DNA from: the human T2T-CHM13v2.0 reference genome, Homo sapiens
Length of the DNA: 64,000 nt
NCBI RefSeq assembly: GCF_009914755.1
Contig: NC_060925.1
Direction: 5' to 3' (one strand)
The translations under genes and the position numbers were made by a program. The notes beneath the pieces are model-generated. The model was not told where the DNA came from, searched no databases, and saw only the letters and a program-made list of their open reading frames with translations. Positions 30,249-44,880 of the stretch are shown here, one piece after another (the first letter of the stretch is position 1; each line of letters opens with the position of its first letter).

Positions 30249-30348
30249 ATGCCCCCTCAGAGGAAGTAGCAGAGGAGAAGAGCTACCAGTGTGAGCTCAC
30301 GGTGGACGACATCATGCCTGCTGTGAAGACAGTCATCCGCTCCATCAG
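30249..30348 (+). CDS. KCNQ4: KCNQ4 exon 11 (start of helix B)
   Basis: ttcAG|AT..TCAG|GTaag; 100 nt; [32 protein letters not shown]. Confidence 0.97.
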
Positions 30349-30409
30349 GTAAGACTGAGGCCTGAGGCGAGCACCCCCCTCCGTGTGCCACCCACTGCTG
30401 CTCCCCATC

Positions 30410-31845
30410 TGGGCGGGTGGATCACTTGAGGTCAGGAGTTTGAGACCAGCCTGGCCAACATGGTGAAACCCCGTCTCTACTAAAAATACAAAAAATTAGC
30501 CAGACGTGGTGGTGGATGCCTGTAATCCCAGCTACTTGGGAGGCTGAGGCAGGAGAATCACTTGAACCTGGGAGGCAGAGGTTGCATTAAGCCAAGATAG
30601 TGCCATTGCACTCCAGCCTGAGCAACAAGAGTGAAACTGTATAAAAAAAAAAAATGTATTTTTTATGGTGGGTCTTGGTCAAAAAAGTTTGAAAGCCCCT
30701 GCTCTACTGGCTGTCTCCATGCCTCAAAAATTAAGCAGGGACCAGGGTCTCCTAGGCCACGGCCTAGGCATGGATCTGGCCTCCAAGCTCCTTGGTGTGC
30801 CGTCCTGGCCTAGTCTCCATCTCCAGCCTGCAGCTCTAGCTCCAGAAACCCCCTCAACCTCCAAGTTTTCTGGGCTCCCCACTTTCTTCCCTGGCTGATA
30901 CACCTGCCCACAAGCCTCTTTTCTTGTATTCCTTTTAAAATTAGAGTCAGGCTGGGCGTGGTGGCTCATGCCTGTAATCCCACCACTTTGGGAGGCTGAG
31001 GCAAGAGAATCACTTGAGGTCAGAAGTTCGAGACCAGCCTGGGCAGCATAGTGAAATCTTGTCTTTGCAAAAAAAAAAAAAAAAAATTAAAAAATTAGCC
31101 AGGCATGTTGGTGTGCCCCTGTAGTTCCAGCTACTTGGGAGGCCAAGGTGGAAGGATGGCTTGAGTGCAGGAGTTTGAGGCTGTAGTGAGCCGTGATTGA
31201 GCTACTGCACTCCAGCCTGGGTGACAGAGTGACACCTTGTCTCTAAATAGATAAATAGATAAAATCAGAGTCAGCTGGACCTGTCCCCACTACCCCCCAC
31301 AGTCTGAAGCCTCTGCTTACCCCCTTTTCACCCATCCATTCTCTCCCCTCCATGTGCCCAGTGTCAAGGACATAGTACCTGACCTGCCACCTGACCCAAG
31401 CCAGCTCTCCTGGGCCACCCCACCGACCTCTCAGCCAGCATGCCCCAAACCTGCTCCTCTTCCTGGGCTGGTTCCCATTTCAGGCAGTGGCACCACCATC
31501 CACTTGGTCACCCAAGCCATGGGAGTCATCCTGGACTCAGACCAGGGAGACTTTCAGCCCCACCTCCTGAACTGCTCCAAGCTCTTCCATATCTCCTCCC
31601 CCATCCCCTAAAGCTAGTTTCCCTGCCCACGCCTCTGCCCCTCCAGGGTATTCTCCACACAGGCTGGCAGAGCTGGCATGCTAAAGCAGAGTAACTGAGC
31701 CGGGAACAGTGGGTCACACCTGTAGTCCCAGCACTTTGGGAGGCTGAGACGGGCAGATCGCTTGAGTCCAGGAGTTCGAGACCAGCCTGGGCAGCATAGT
31801 GGGACCCCCATCTCTTTAAAAAATAAAAATTAAAAAAAAAAAAAA
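30410..31845 (+). mobile_element. Three sense Alu elements in intron 11 (30410-30655 5'-truncated; 30950-31260; left-monomer type 31697-31845)
   Basis: Alu consensus segments with A tails. Confidence 0.88.
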
Positions 31846-32184
31846 CAGAGTTATTGATGTGCCTGCCCCACAATGTCCCATTGCCCAGTCTCTGCCAGAG
31901 ATGCAGGGCTCTTCAAAGCACACCCCAGCCTCCTTCTCGAGGCTGATCTCCTGTCTTCTCATACCATGGCACCCTGAACCCCATCCTCCACCCCGGCTGG
32001 TTGATTAACCCCTTTCCATCTCATCCCTGTTTCTGCTACTTGGAGGTAGGGGAGGCTGGGAGACGCAGCAGAGGCTGTTCATGGTGGCCAAGCAGGAGGT
32101 GCCCTGGTGCTGGACAAGGGGATAGCAAAGAGATGGAGAGGGTGCTGGGAAAGAATCCCTGCTCTAACAGGACACTCCCTCTGA

Positions 32185-32388
<204 letters not shown>

Positions 32389-32819
32389 TGAATGAAGTCT
32401 GAGGCCAACCCCCGAGCACCCCCAAGGGCTCACTGCTGCAGCTGAGTTTCTAGACTGAGGAGGTCCCTGGCTTGCAGTGCCAGCCTGAGGCCAGACCCAG
32501 CACCCGTCCCAAGGCTGAGAAACAACCCAACCATAGTTTCTCTGTGAGGTGGGTCCTCTGTGCAAGCCCTATTGACTCATATGCCTTGGGGGCTTTGTTT
32601 AGAATGACTGTTTCCTGGTCCTAAAATAATCAGCCTAAAATAATCACTGACCTCCCATCTCCCAAGAGAATAGGCAAATTGTCCTCACTGCCCACCTCTT
32701 GCCTCTGGAATCCTCCCACATCTCTCTGGTAGACCCAGCATTAGGAAGAATCCTCACCCCAAGACCCACATCACCTGCACCTTGCCCTTCTCCTCTTCTG
32801 GCCTGCATTTTCACTGTCC

Positions 32820-34210
32820 ACTCATTCATTTAATCACTCGAGAAATAGTCAGTGGGCATTTACTACTTGCCAGCCTGTGGGGATATGGCAGAAAGCGCAG
32901 CAGAGTTCCCACACTTATGGAGCTTTCATTCTAGTGGAAGGAGAATAAGTGATAAATAAGTAAAACTGGAATATGTCAGACAACGATAAATACTAAGGAG
33001 GAAAATAAGGGTCAGGCTGTTAGGGTTTGCAATTTTAAATAGGTGAGAAGGTTCTAGAGGGAACAGCAAGTGCCAAGGACTTGAGAGGGGCAAGTGGCTG
33101 GAGTGTTGGCTTCAGCACAGCAGGGAGCCTGGTGTGGCTGCACTGGAGTGAGAGGTAGGAGGTGAGGTCAGAGGGCTAACGGCACTCAGAGAGTGTAAAG
33201 TCCTGTAGGCCCCTGCAAAGACGTTGGTGTTCATCCAGGATGAGCTGCAAGCATTGGAGGGTTTTGTGCAAACGACTGACAAGATCTGAATTGTCTTTTA
33301 AAAGGATCACCCTGGGTGCTGTGTTGAGGATGGACTTAGCGGAGTGAGGGTGGACACAGGTAGACCAATGAGAACCTGCTTCAGACTTCCACGCATGAGA
33401 CCGTGGGGACTTGGAACAGAGTGGCAGCTGCAGAGGTGGGACAAGTGGTCAGATTCTAGATACATTTTGTAGGCAAAGTTGACAGGGTTTTCTGATGGGG
33501 TGTTAAGAGAAAGAAGAGAGTCAAGGATGAAGCTAAGGTTTTTGGCTTCAGCAAGAGGAAAAATCGAGTTGCCATTTGTTGACATGGAGAAGGCAATGAA
33601 TGGAGCAAGTTTCGGTCAGGAGATTTGGGAGGTGCCGGGTTTGTGATGCCTATCTGACATTCAAGTGGAGTGTTGATCTGGCAGTTGAATAGAGAAGTGT
33701 GGAGTGCAGAGCAGAAGTACAGGATGGAGATGAAGATTTGGTGTCGAAAGTGTAGAGGAATTGAAAATTATGGATCTGAAGACATCAACTAGTGAGTGGA
33801 GTAAATAGAGAATAGAGGTCCCAAGAGTGAGCCTTGGATCCTGCAGTGTTTCCAGGTTGCAGAGATAGAGGAGGAACTAACAAAGGAGACTGTAAAGGAG
33901 AGGTCAGGGAAGTAGGAAAAGAACTGGGAGAGGGTGGTGTTTCAAATGAAGAAAGGGTTTGCTGGAAGAAGGGGTGATCAGATGTGTTGAGTGCTGCTAG
34001 TAAGTCAAGTAAACTGAGGACAGGAGTTGATCAATGGATTTAGCAACATGGGGTTATTTGGGAGCTTGACAACAGTAGTTTTGGTGAAATGGCAGGGGTG
34101 AAAGCCTGACTGGAGTAGGTTTAAGAGAGAAGGGGAGGAAAGGAATTGGAGGTAGAGGATAGAGATAACACTTTCAAGAATTTTGCTGCAAAGGAGAGCA
34201 GAAAAATAAG
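32820..34210 (-). mobile_element. LINE-2 fragment (~1.4 kb)
   Basis: CATTCATT 3' end signature; minus-strand remnant AKNLSFILDSLLSL resembles the L2 ORF2 RT C-terminal NLG.ILDSSLS motif. Confidence 0.8.
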
Positions 34211-34226
34211 GTGAGGTCAGTTCTAG

Positions 34227-34632
<406 letters not shown>

Positions 34633-34638
34633 TCCTAG

Positions 34639-35091
<453 letters not shown>

Positions 35092-35466
35092 TGACATGGG
35101 GAGGATGCGTTTCCCACAGCCACAGCCCAAGGGTCCCCGAGAAGACCTAAGAGCCCCCTCCCCGGCCGAAGCCCCCGCCCTCGCCGCCAGACATTCCCAT
35201 AAACCCGCCCTCTCCTGCTAAGCCCCGCCCCCAGGCTGCATAAGCCCGCCCATAACCTTCAGATAAGCCTACCTCAGTTCCCCCTACTCCATTTGACCCC
35301 GCCTCTCAGTTGTCGCTGTAGCTCGCGGACTATCCCCATCGGTCACACCTAACCACCCCCCGGGTTATGCACCAGTGCCCAGCTTCGCCCCTCGCTCTAG
35401 CCAAGCTCCACCTTTCCAGGCGGGATTTGTGCTTCCCAGATAAGCCCCGCCCACTCCACCGGCTAG

Positions 35467-35763
<297 letters not shown>

Positions 35764-37695
35764 GGGACTTCTCAGAGGCAGGGCAGCACACGGCCAGCCC
35801 CGCGGCCTGGCGCTCCGACTGCCCTCTGAGGCCTCCGGACTCCTCTCGTACTTGAACTCACTCCCTCACGGGGAGAGAGACCACACGCAGTATTGAGCTG
35901 CCTGAGTGGGCGTGGTACCTGCTGTGGGTGCCAGCGCCCCTTCCCCACCTCAGGAGCGTGAGATGCCAGGTCGCACAGAGGGCAGCAGCAGCGGCCGTCC
36001 CGCGGCCTCTGGGCCCCCCAGTGCCCTGCCCACTCCATCAAGGCCCTATGTGGCCCACCTGGCAGGGGCACAGCCCCGGGAGTGGGAGCGGGCGCTGGGG
36101 CCCTGGGCCCTGACCCAGCTTCCAGCTATGCAAGGTGAGGTCTCTGGCCCACCCTTCGGACACAGCAGGGAAGCCCTCCCGCCAAGTCCCCGCCCCACTT
36201 GGGGGTGGGCCAAGGTGCCCCCACAGGTACCCACAAAGCACAGGACCCTGCCACAAGGCAGGTGGACACCATATATGCAAACCATGTTAAATATGCAACT
36301 TTGGGGACCCCCATGGGGTCTCTCTGTCCCTCCCCCATTGGGAGCTGGGCCCCCAGCAGTAGCTGGTCTCAGGCTGCTTGGCCACCACCCTGTCCCTATT
36401 CTTTGGCTTATCACTCCTTCCCCTCCCAGCATGGGGCCTGTTTCTCCCCTGCCCTCTCCTAAGGGCAATGCCTGGGCCTTTCTTCCCATTTGCAAGTGTC
36501 AGCTCCCAGGGGCTCCCTCCTCCTGCTGGGTGGCCACTCCCCTCCTTGGCCCTCCAGACACCACTCATAGTCAGCACAGGTTTCTGTATCCTCCCCAAAA
36601 CTCCCAGACAGTGCTTCGTGGACGATCGCACAAACATAGCCTTTTAGTTTCTCCAGACAGGAAGAAAGCCTCTCACACTTAAACATGCAATGACGTGACA
36701 CACTTGGAGACATGAGTGCAGAGCCACTCAGCCGCTCCTGGGCCTCTGCAGCAGATGCCAGTGGACTGGCCTTGCAGGGTGACGTCCACTAAGAGGAAGA
36801 CCCCCAACTCCATCTGAGCAGGAGAAGGAGCTTTGAAGTAACCCGAGAGCTCTCCAGGCCCCACCCAGACCTTTACCCGCTCCCCTTCTTCAAGAAGATC
36901 TCCTCCTCTCTGGTCCAGGAGCCCTAACCCACTGCCTCTGCCTGTCCCCAAGGGCCCGCCTCCGTGTCTCCACAGCACAACTCGGGCCCAGGCCTGACAC
37001 CACTGGAGAGACCCCAGGCCCACTTCTAGCCAGGCCTGTGCCTTCCTAGTCACTCTAACTCCCAGAGAGAATAAGAATGCATGTAATAGCTATACCAACC
37101 GCGCATCCGGCTTTCACATGCACTGTCTCCCCTCCCTCCACACCCCACTTCTTCACTTCAATTGGCAGCGCCACATCCAGGCGTCAGCCCCCATTCACTC
37201 CAGGAACACTTTCTTATCCCCACCCCTTTGCTCCTCTTCTGCAAAGCCAATGCAGGTGGCAGGAAGGTGAGGGGTAGTGGACCAATGGCAACCCTCTGTG
37301 GGAACAAGGGGCCGAGGCCACGCTGCCTGCATCTCGTGCTGGGGACCTGCATGCGCCAGCACCAGGGCTTGGACTGGATCTTACTCAGTCCATGGTGCCC
37401 AGCCTCTGCCCCAACATGCCCTCTGCATGTGACCGTCATGCCCTGGATGGAGCCACTCCTGGCTCACCCCACCTGCACTGCACTGTCCCCAGAGAGCCAC
37501 CCCTCCACCCACTCAGAGACAGCTGTGGAGAGGGCCAGGAGAATGGGATTACCCTATGACCAAGGAGACATGGGAAGAAGCCCTCCTTCCTTCCACGATC
37601 GAGGTTCCGCCATCAACTCGGTTCTCGGATATGCAAGTACCTCACTTTGTTAACTTATTAACTTATTGGTTTCATTAAAGTTTTCAAGAGGAGGT
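35764..37695 (+). other. KCNQ4: KCNQ4 3'UTR (end approximate)
   Basis: Repeat-free stretch from the stop codon to an ATTAAA followed by a GT/T-rich element. Confidence 0.75.
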
Positions 37696-37720
37696 GATTG
37701 TTCTTGGTTTTGTTCAGTGG
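37674..37720 (+). terminator. KCNQ4 polyadenylation signal ATTAAA plus GU-rich downstream element
   Basis: ATTAAA at 37674-79, U-rich sequence upstream, GTGATTGTTCTTGGTTTTGTT downstream. Confidence 0.75.
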
Positions 37721-39030
37721 CTGTGAGGTGAGGCTCCTGGTTTGGGGGTGGGGACAAGGAGATTTGGATTGGTCGGGACTCTTTGTTGTATACAACAAAA
37801 ACCCAACCCTGTATGGTTTAAACAGACAAACAAAAAGAAACTTATTGGCACAGAGAACTGAGAAGTCCAGGGGATAGATTTGGTTTCATGCACAGTGAGA
37901 TCTAGATGCTTAAACGTGTCAGGACTCTTGTTTCCTGTAAGCCTTCCTTTCTGGCAGGCTGACCTCTCATGGTGACCAGTAAAATTGGCCACCACTTTCC
38001 TAATAGTTTGCATCAGTCAAGATCAAGTCAGGAAGGCAGAAACAACACTAAGTTTTTCAGCAAAAGAATTTATTATAGGTAATGGGTTACACTGATGCAG
38101 GAGGGCTGAAAGAACAAAAGAGAATTTTCTCTAGGTGATTCTGAGATAGCCTAGAGAAAATAACTGCAGAAAGCAGTTACCACTCCCAGAGCTGCAAGAG
38201 TATAGGAAACAGGTTGGGGTTATCAGAACCCACAAGCTTGCGGAGAGGGAGCCCGGTAGTGTTGGGGCTCAGAGATCTGAAAAGGAGGTACTCCCTGGCT
38301 GGTGCTAGTACCTCTTAGGGGACACAATGAGGCTTGTCTGGGAGTATGGGAAAAAAGCCGAAGTCTGGGATCAACTGTTGCAACCTGGCTGTTGCTGATA
38401 AGGATAGGAAGCAAAGGAAGAGAGAAGTCTCCACTTTTCTTGCCTTCCAGTCTTCCCCTAGTGCCCCTTATTGTCAAAGCTAGCGAACAAAGGAGTGATG
38501 TGGTTTGCAGAGTCCCAGCCCCAGTATCACAGAGTTAGAAGGCTGCACTTGGAACTGAAAGACAATAACATGGGCACGGGCCACCCCTTTGGACACACAG
38601 TTTCCACAAACATCAATCCATACATACTTGAACCGCCATATAACGACAGTAGCTTCCACCTAGTAAGATGAAACTGTCCTTTATACAAATGAAGACACTC
38701 TAGTCCCCTCCCCCTAAATGGGAAAAACACAACGTCCCACGGTTCAACAGATGCATCCATCTCCAGGGGTTAGTCACTGAATCCATATTTGGGTTAAGTA
38801 TTCCTCTAATTCAGGCACAATTCCACCTACAACTAAACACTAAAGTAAAGTTGATCATCACATACAATGTTTATATAAAATATGGGAGAAAGGAGGAGGG
38901 AGGAAAAAATAATATGTACAGTGCACACACACACATGCACACACATCCCAAGCAAGGAAGGAAGTACGCATAGCCGCAATCGACCTCTTTCTGGTATCTC
39001 TGGTCACAGTGCCATGGTTGGTATGAATAA

Positions 39031-39396
<366 letters not shown>

Positions 39397-39812
39397 AGGG
39401 ATCTTTATATGGTGGAGTGACCCAGATAATCATTCCTGAAGGGTCTGAATCCTCAGCGGTCCTGCATGGGTGGGTGTCACAGCTTTTCATTGACTTTTGC
39501 TATCATACATGGAAGTACTTATTATAGAAAGGCCTTAGAGAATCCCTTGGGTTCCAGACTTAGTCCTCCTTGCCCTGTTGTGTGGCAGCAACCAATTTCC
39601 GCTCGGTAATGAAGATCAGTCATGCAGCCAGTGTATTAACTCTTTATTTTTCCTGCTGGTTGAGTGGCATGAGGAGCCCACAATGGCCTGGTTAAAGTTT
39701 AAACCTCCAACGTAATGAAAACTATGTTGCCTCCCTTCCCTTGAAAACTAAGACCTCCAAACTAGCAGAGCTCAATGCTACAGGGACCAGAGGCAGAAGT
39801 TTTGTGAGTGGG

Positions 39813-40295
39813 TGGAGTAGGCTGAATAATAGCCATTCAAATATAGCAAGTTCTAATTTCTGGGACCTGCAAATGTTACATTATAAGGAAAAGGGGCCTT
39901 TGCAGATGTGATTAAATTACGGATCATGATATGGGGAGATTATCCGAGACTGTCTGATGGGCCTAAATCCAGTGACAAATGTCTTTTTAAGAGAGTGGCA
40001 GAGGGAGATCAAGTCACACAGAAGAGGAGAAGGTGATATGAACATAAAAACAGGGACTGGGGTGATGCTGCCACAAGCCAAGGAATGCCAGCAGCCACAA
40101 GAAACTGGAAAAGTCCAGGAATGGATTCTTGCCTAGAGCTCTGAAGGGAGCACAGCCCTGCACACACCTTGATTTGGGCTCAGTGAAACTGATGTTGAAC
40201 TTCTGGCCTCCAGAACTGTGAGAGAATAAATTTCTGTTGTTTTAAGCAACCAATTTTACAGTAATTTGTTATGGTAACCACAGGAAACTAATACG
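39813..40295 (+). mobile_element. MLT1 (D-like) MaLR solo LTR inside the ERVL
   Basis: TTTGCAGATGTGATTAA..GGGGAGATTATCC..CCAAGGAATGCCAGCAGCC..CTTCTGGCCTCCAGAACTGTGAGAGAATAAATTTCTGTTGTTTTAAGC..GGAAACTAATAC. Confidence 0.85.
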
Positions 40296-41717
40296 GCGGA
40301 TTATTTGGTGTCATAGTGAGAGAAGCCACTCTCACCAGCTCCCTTGGATTCCTGGAACCTTATATCCTGGCTATGTCAATGAGGATAAACATACCTGCTT
40401 CATGATGGAAAGGGTCCAGTGGGATCGACCTGGCACCAAGTGGCTAGGTGGACCCTTGCAGAGGGATGATATACTAAGTACTTAGCATTTGTCTTGGCTG
40501 GAGGCAGGTTGGACATACAGTGTGGCATTAGTCAGATCAGCCTTGACGAGTTACATTCATGTTGTTGAACCTGTAAATAGTCTCCATTCTGGCCACCATG
40601 ACCACATTGTACATAAACATATGGAGAATGCGCTGGAGAGACTAGGGAGAGAGGCTGGCTGACATCCATCCAATGTGCCATCTTGTCCATCGAATTATCA
40701 AGAGCTGCCTCTGCCATGGATGACTTTGGGTGAGATTTTACTTGGAATACAAATATCTTCATATTCTGTGTCATTTCTGAAAGTCCATCTACTAGTCTCT
40801 CCCAGTTTTTCTTATGGCCAGTCCTCCAGTTCTGTGCTTTCTGAACCCCTGACCATCCAGCCAAACCATTAGCCACTGCCCATAAATCAGTGTAGATCCA
40901 TACTTCTTGTCATCTCTCAATCAGACAAAATGGACAACCAAATGTACTGAAGGACAGGTAGGATGGAGCCAGGCCTGGGAACTGGGGTGGTGGCAGTGGT
41001 GGTGATGTTCCAGGAAAAGGCACAGTATGTGATAGGGTCCAGAGGCACCAGTGAGTGTGGTAGATGAAAGGAACAGAAAGAAATCCCGTGGCTGGTCCCA
41101 GACAGCAACGGAGAGAGGGGTGCAAGATGGGACTTTAGAATTAGGGGTCAAAGTTTACAGGATTTCATTAATCATTCCAAAGAGATAGGACTTAGCCATG
41201 ATAGCAGTGGGGAGACAATAAAAGATTTTTCTCAGGCAGCACACTGGGGTAGATTTGCATTTTAGAATTTTTTTTTTTTCCTGGGATGGAAGATGTATTT
41301 GAGGGAGTAAGTGTGGGTGTGGGGAGAGCAGGTAGGAGACTGCTGCAGTCACCCGAGCAGGAGGTGCTGGTAACCCGAACAAGTCCCATGACATTTCACT
41401 AATTGAGTTAAATGTCTATTGAGCACCCGCTATATGCCAGACCCTGCCTCAGCACAATATACAGGATGAACAGACACGGGAGAACAAGTTACAGCCCTGA
41501 GGTCATCCAGCCCCTGGGGGAGACAGATGCACAATTAACCAATGCACAGCTACTGTTTATCTTCTAAATTTGCCTGGCTCAGCAAGGAGAGTTTGCAGGT
41601 GGCTCTGGGAGTCCCCAAACTGTCATCAAATACGGCCTTGACAGCAGATACAATTTTAGCTTGGTGTGTCATTTATCTATTGCTTTGTAACAACTTATTT
41701 TAAAACTTAATGGTTTA

Positions 41718-42035
41718 GGACAGATGTGGTGGCTCATGCCTGTAATCCCAGCACTTTGGGAGGCCGAGGTGGGTGGATCACTTGAGGCCAGGAGTTCAAG
41801 ACCAGCCTGGCCAACATGATGAGACCCCCATCTCCTAAAAATTACAAAAATTAGCCTGGTATGGTGGCGTGCGCCTGTAGTCCCAGTCACTCAGGAGGCT
41901 GAGGCAGAGAATTGCTTGTACCCGGGAGGTGGAGGTTGCAGTGAGCCAAGATCATGCCACTGCACTCCAGCCTGGGCAACAGAGCAAGATTCTGTCTCCA
42001 AAACAAACAAACAAACAAACAAAAAACCACCAACA
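41718..42035 (+). mobile_element. AluS inserted in an antisense MLT1-type LTR (~41665-42380)
   Basis: Full Alu; TSD-like CTTAATGGYTTA on both sides. Confidence 0.85.
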
Positions 42036-42664
42036 AAAAACCTTAATGGCTTAAAATAACAACTATTTTATTTTATTTACTCTTGATTCTGTGGGTCAGC
42101 AATTTGGGGTGAACTCAGCTGAACAGCTCTGCTGGTCTCACCTGGGGTCACTAATGTGCTTGCAATCATCTGGCATCAACAGGGTCTAGATGGCCCAAGA
42201 GGGCCTTCCCCACGTGTCTGCAATCTGGTGTGAGTTGGTCTGCAGGCAAGACGGCTCATCTCTGTTCTATGGAGCTTCTCATCCTCCAGTAGATTAGACT
42301 GTACTTCTTCATATGGCAAGAGGGCAAAAGCAGAAGCCATCAGGCCTCTGGAGGCCCAGGCTCAGAAGCTGTACCAAGGGGCTCAGCTCACTTTGATGGG
42401 TGCTCTGAATACGTTGCGATGTTTACACTCTTGTAGATCTAAAAAAACCCATGCAGTTATTTCTCTATTTAGATAATTTATTTCATGTACTTTTGTTTTT
42501 TTGAGAGTGCAGAGTGCAGTGGCCACTGCACTGGGCCATATTTCACGTACTTTTGACAGCTCCAATTGTTAAAACAGTTTCGTTTTCCCTCTGAGAAGCT
42601 GAGAGGCACATCTTCCCCTACCACCCACCTCTGTGTATAGCAGGACCGTGATAGCTGCTACCAC

Positions 42665-44031
42665 GGTGTGTTGGTCTGTGTGGGATGGCATAGCAAATAT
42701 CATGGACTGGAAGGTCTAAACAACAGAAGTGCATGATCACACAGTCAAAGTTCTGGAGGCTGGAAATTCAAGACCAAGTTATCAGCAGGGTTGGTTTCAT
42801 TCTGAGGCCTCTCTCCTATGATTGTAGAGGCTGCCTTCTTCTGGTATCTTTGCATGATTATCTCTTGTTCTCTATGTACACAGGTCTGAGGTCTCTCTCT
42901 GTGTCCTAATAATCTCCTCTTCCTCTTCCTCCTCCTCCTCCTCCTCTTCTTCTTTGTGTTCCTAGTTTTCTTTTTCTTTTCTTTTTTCAAGTTTTATTTT
43001 AGGTTTGGGGACACATGTGCTGGTTTGTTACTAAGGTATATTGCATGATGTGCATGATGCTGAGGTTTGGGATACGACAGAACCTATCACCCAGGTAGGG
43101 AGCACAGTACCCAACAGGTCATTTTTCAACCCTTGATCCCCTCCCTCCCTCTCCCTTCTTGTGGTCTGCAGTGTCAATTGTTGCCATCTTTATGTCCATG
43201 TGTAACTAATGTTTAGTTCCCATTTATAAGTGAGAACATGCAGTATTTGGCTTTCTGTTTCTGCATTAGTTTGCTTAGGATAATAACCTCCAGCTGCTCA
43301 AGTTGCTGCAAAGGACATGATTTCCTTCTTTTTATGGCTGCATAGTATTCCATGGTATATACGCACCACATTTTCTTTATCCAGTCCACCATTGATGGAT
43401 ACCTAGGTTGATTCCATGTCTTTGCTATTGTGAAGAGTGCTACAATGAACATACAGTTGCATGTGTTTTTTTGGTAGAATGATTTATTTTCCTTTGGGTA
43501 TATATCTAGTCATGAGATTGCTGAGTGGAATGGTAGTTTTATATTTAGTTCTCTGAGAACTCTCCAAATTGCTTAACTAATTTACATTCTCACCAAGAAT
43601 GTATAATCATTCCCTTTCCTCTGTAACCCCGCCAACATCTGTTATTTTTTGACTTTTTAATAATAGCCATTCTGACTAGTGTGAGATGATATCTCATTGT
43701 AGTTTACGTTTGCATTTCTCTGATGATTAGTGATGATTGATGCTGAACATTTTTTCATGTTTTTTGGCCACTTGTATATCTTCTTTTGAGAATTGTCTGT
43801 TCCTATCCTTTGCTCACTTTTTAATGGGGTTGGTTTTTGCTTGTTGATGTATTTATCGCCTCTTCTTATAAGGATACCAGTAATATTGGATTAGAGCTCA
43901 CCCTAAAAAACCCATTTTAACTTGATTACCTCTTTAAAGGCCCTATCTCCAAATGCAGTCACATTTTGAGGAACTGAGGGTTAGAACTTCAGCATATGAA
44001 TTTTGGAGGGATGCAATTCAGCCAATGACAC
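42665..44031 (-). mobile_element. MLT1 (A/B/C-type) LTR split by an L1 insertion
   Basis: Left part ..AGTTCTGGAGGCTGGAAATTCAAGACCAAG..; right part resumes CTCTTCTTATAAGGATACCAG..CCCTATCTCCAAAT. Confidence 0.75.
42965..43855 (-). mobile_element. 5'-truncated L1 (older primate L1PA/PB-type) 3' end
   Basis: Minus-strand MFIVALFTIAKTWNQPRYPSMVDWIKKMWCVYTMEYYAAIK = L1 ORF2 C-terminus; L1 3'UTR and T-rich tail. Confidence 0.92.
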
Positions 44032-44463
44032 CTGCAACAGGGATTTCACCCACCAACCTGACGCATTTTCTGCTGTAAATGCACAGGATCTGAGAATCAC
44101 TCGGGTTTGCCCCATCCCAACTGGCAGAGCTGAACAGAGCTATAGACATCATGGAACCAAGTGATTTGAAAACCCTTTTTTGAAGGCCCAGGAACCTTTG
44201 CTACAGCATAACCTATTTGGAATCCTAATATACAAAATATAATCAGTGCAATAAAAAATGGGAACCTCCCAGAGGTGGCCTCAATTCTCCCCTTACATAC
44301 ACATTGAGCATGTGCCTAGCATTTTGCTGCAGGCAAAATAGATCTGTCTCTGTGATGTATCCTTTATGTAACTATTGTAGTCGATTGTATTCTTTGTCTG
44401 AAAGTCTTCCTTCCTTCCTTGCCATTGCCATGGTTACCCTTGCATGGTGTGTACTTGCCTATC

Positions 44464-44880
44464 TGTCTTACAGCAGGTTTCCTGGAAACCAATTCCGAGA
44501 CAGAGAGTGGTGTGCAGAAGGTTTTTAGGGGAGTGTGCTCAGGAGATTCATCTATAAGGAAGGTAGGAGGTAGGATTAGACAGAAGGAGAGGTTGATCTA
44601 CTATGCGATAGCAACTGAGGTAGCTGCTGATCCTCAGGAGCCCTAGAGCTCATCTATCCCCGAAGAGTTGTGCTAAACTGAAGGAAGAAGGCAGGCCTTT
44701 GTTTTCCTTCAAAGGAAACCATCAGCCAATCATTAGCCAATCATGGCCATGACTGTGAGTGAGGCAGTTCCCTGTGGCCAAGGGCAATTCCCAATGAGTG
44801 ACACAGTTGTGAGCCAGCAGAAGATTCCCAGCAGGCTCTGAAGGGTGGATCTGGGTGGAACCCCATAGCATCCACTCTAC
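44464..44880 (-). mobile_element. LTR16-like ERVL solo LTR
   Basis: By-eye similarity (GGTTTCCTGGAAA..GAGACAGAG..GGGGAGTGTGCTCAGGA..GGATCTGGGTGG). Confidence 0.5.

Noticed and set aside
35906-36682. 258-aa ORF in the KCNQ4 3'UTR
   Set aside because: GTG start, Pro-rich composition and no homology; the KCNQ4 stop context (TGA GGG) is not a readthrough motif.
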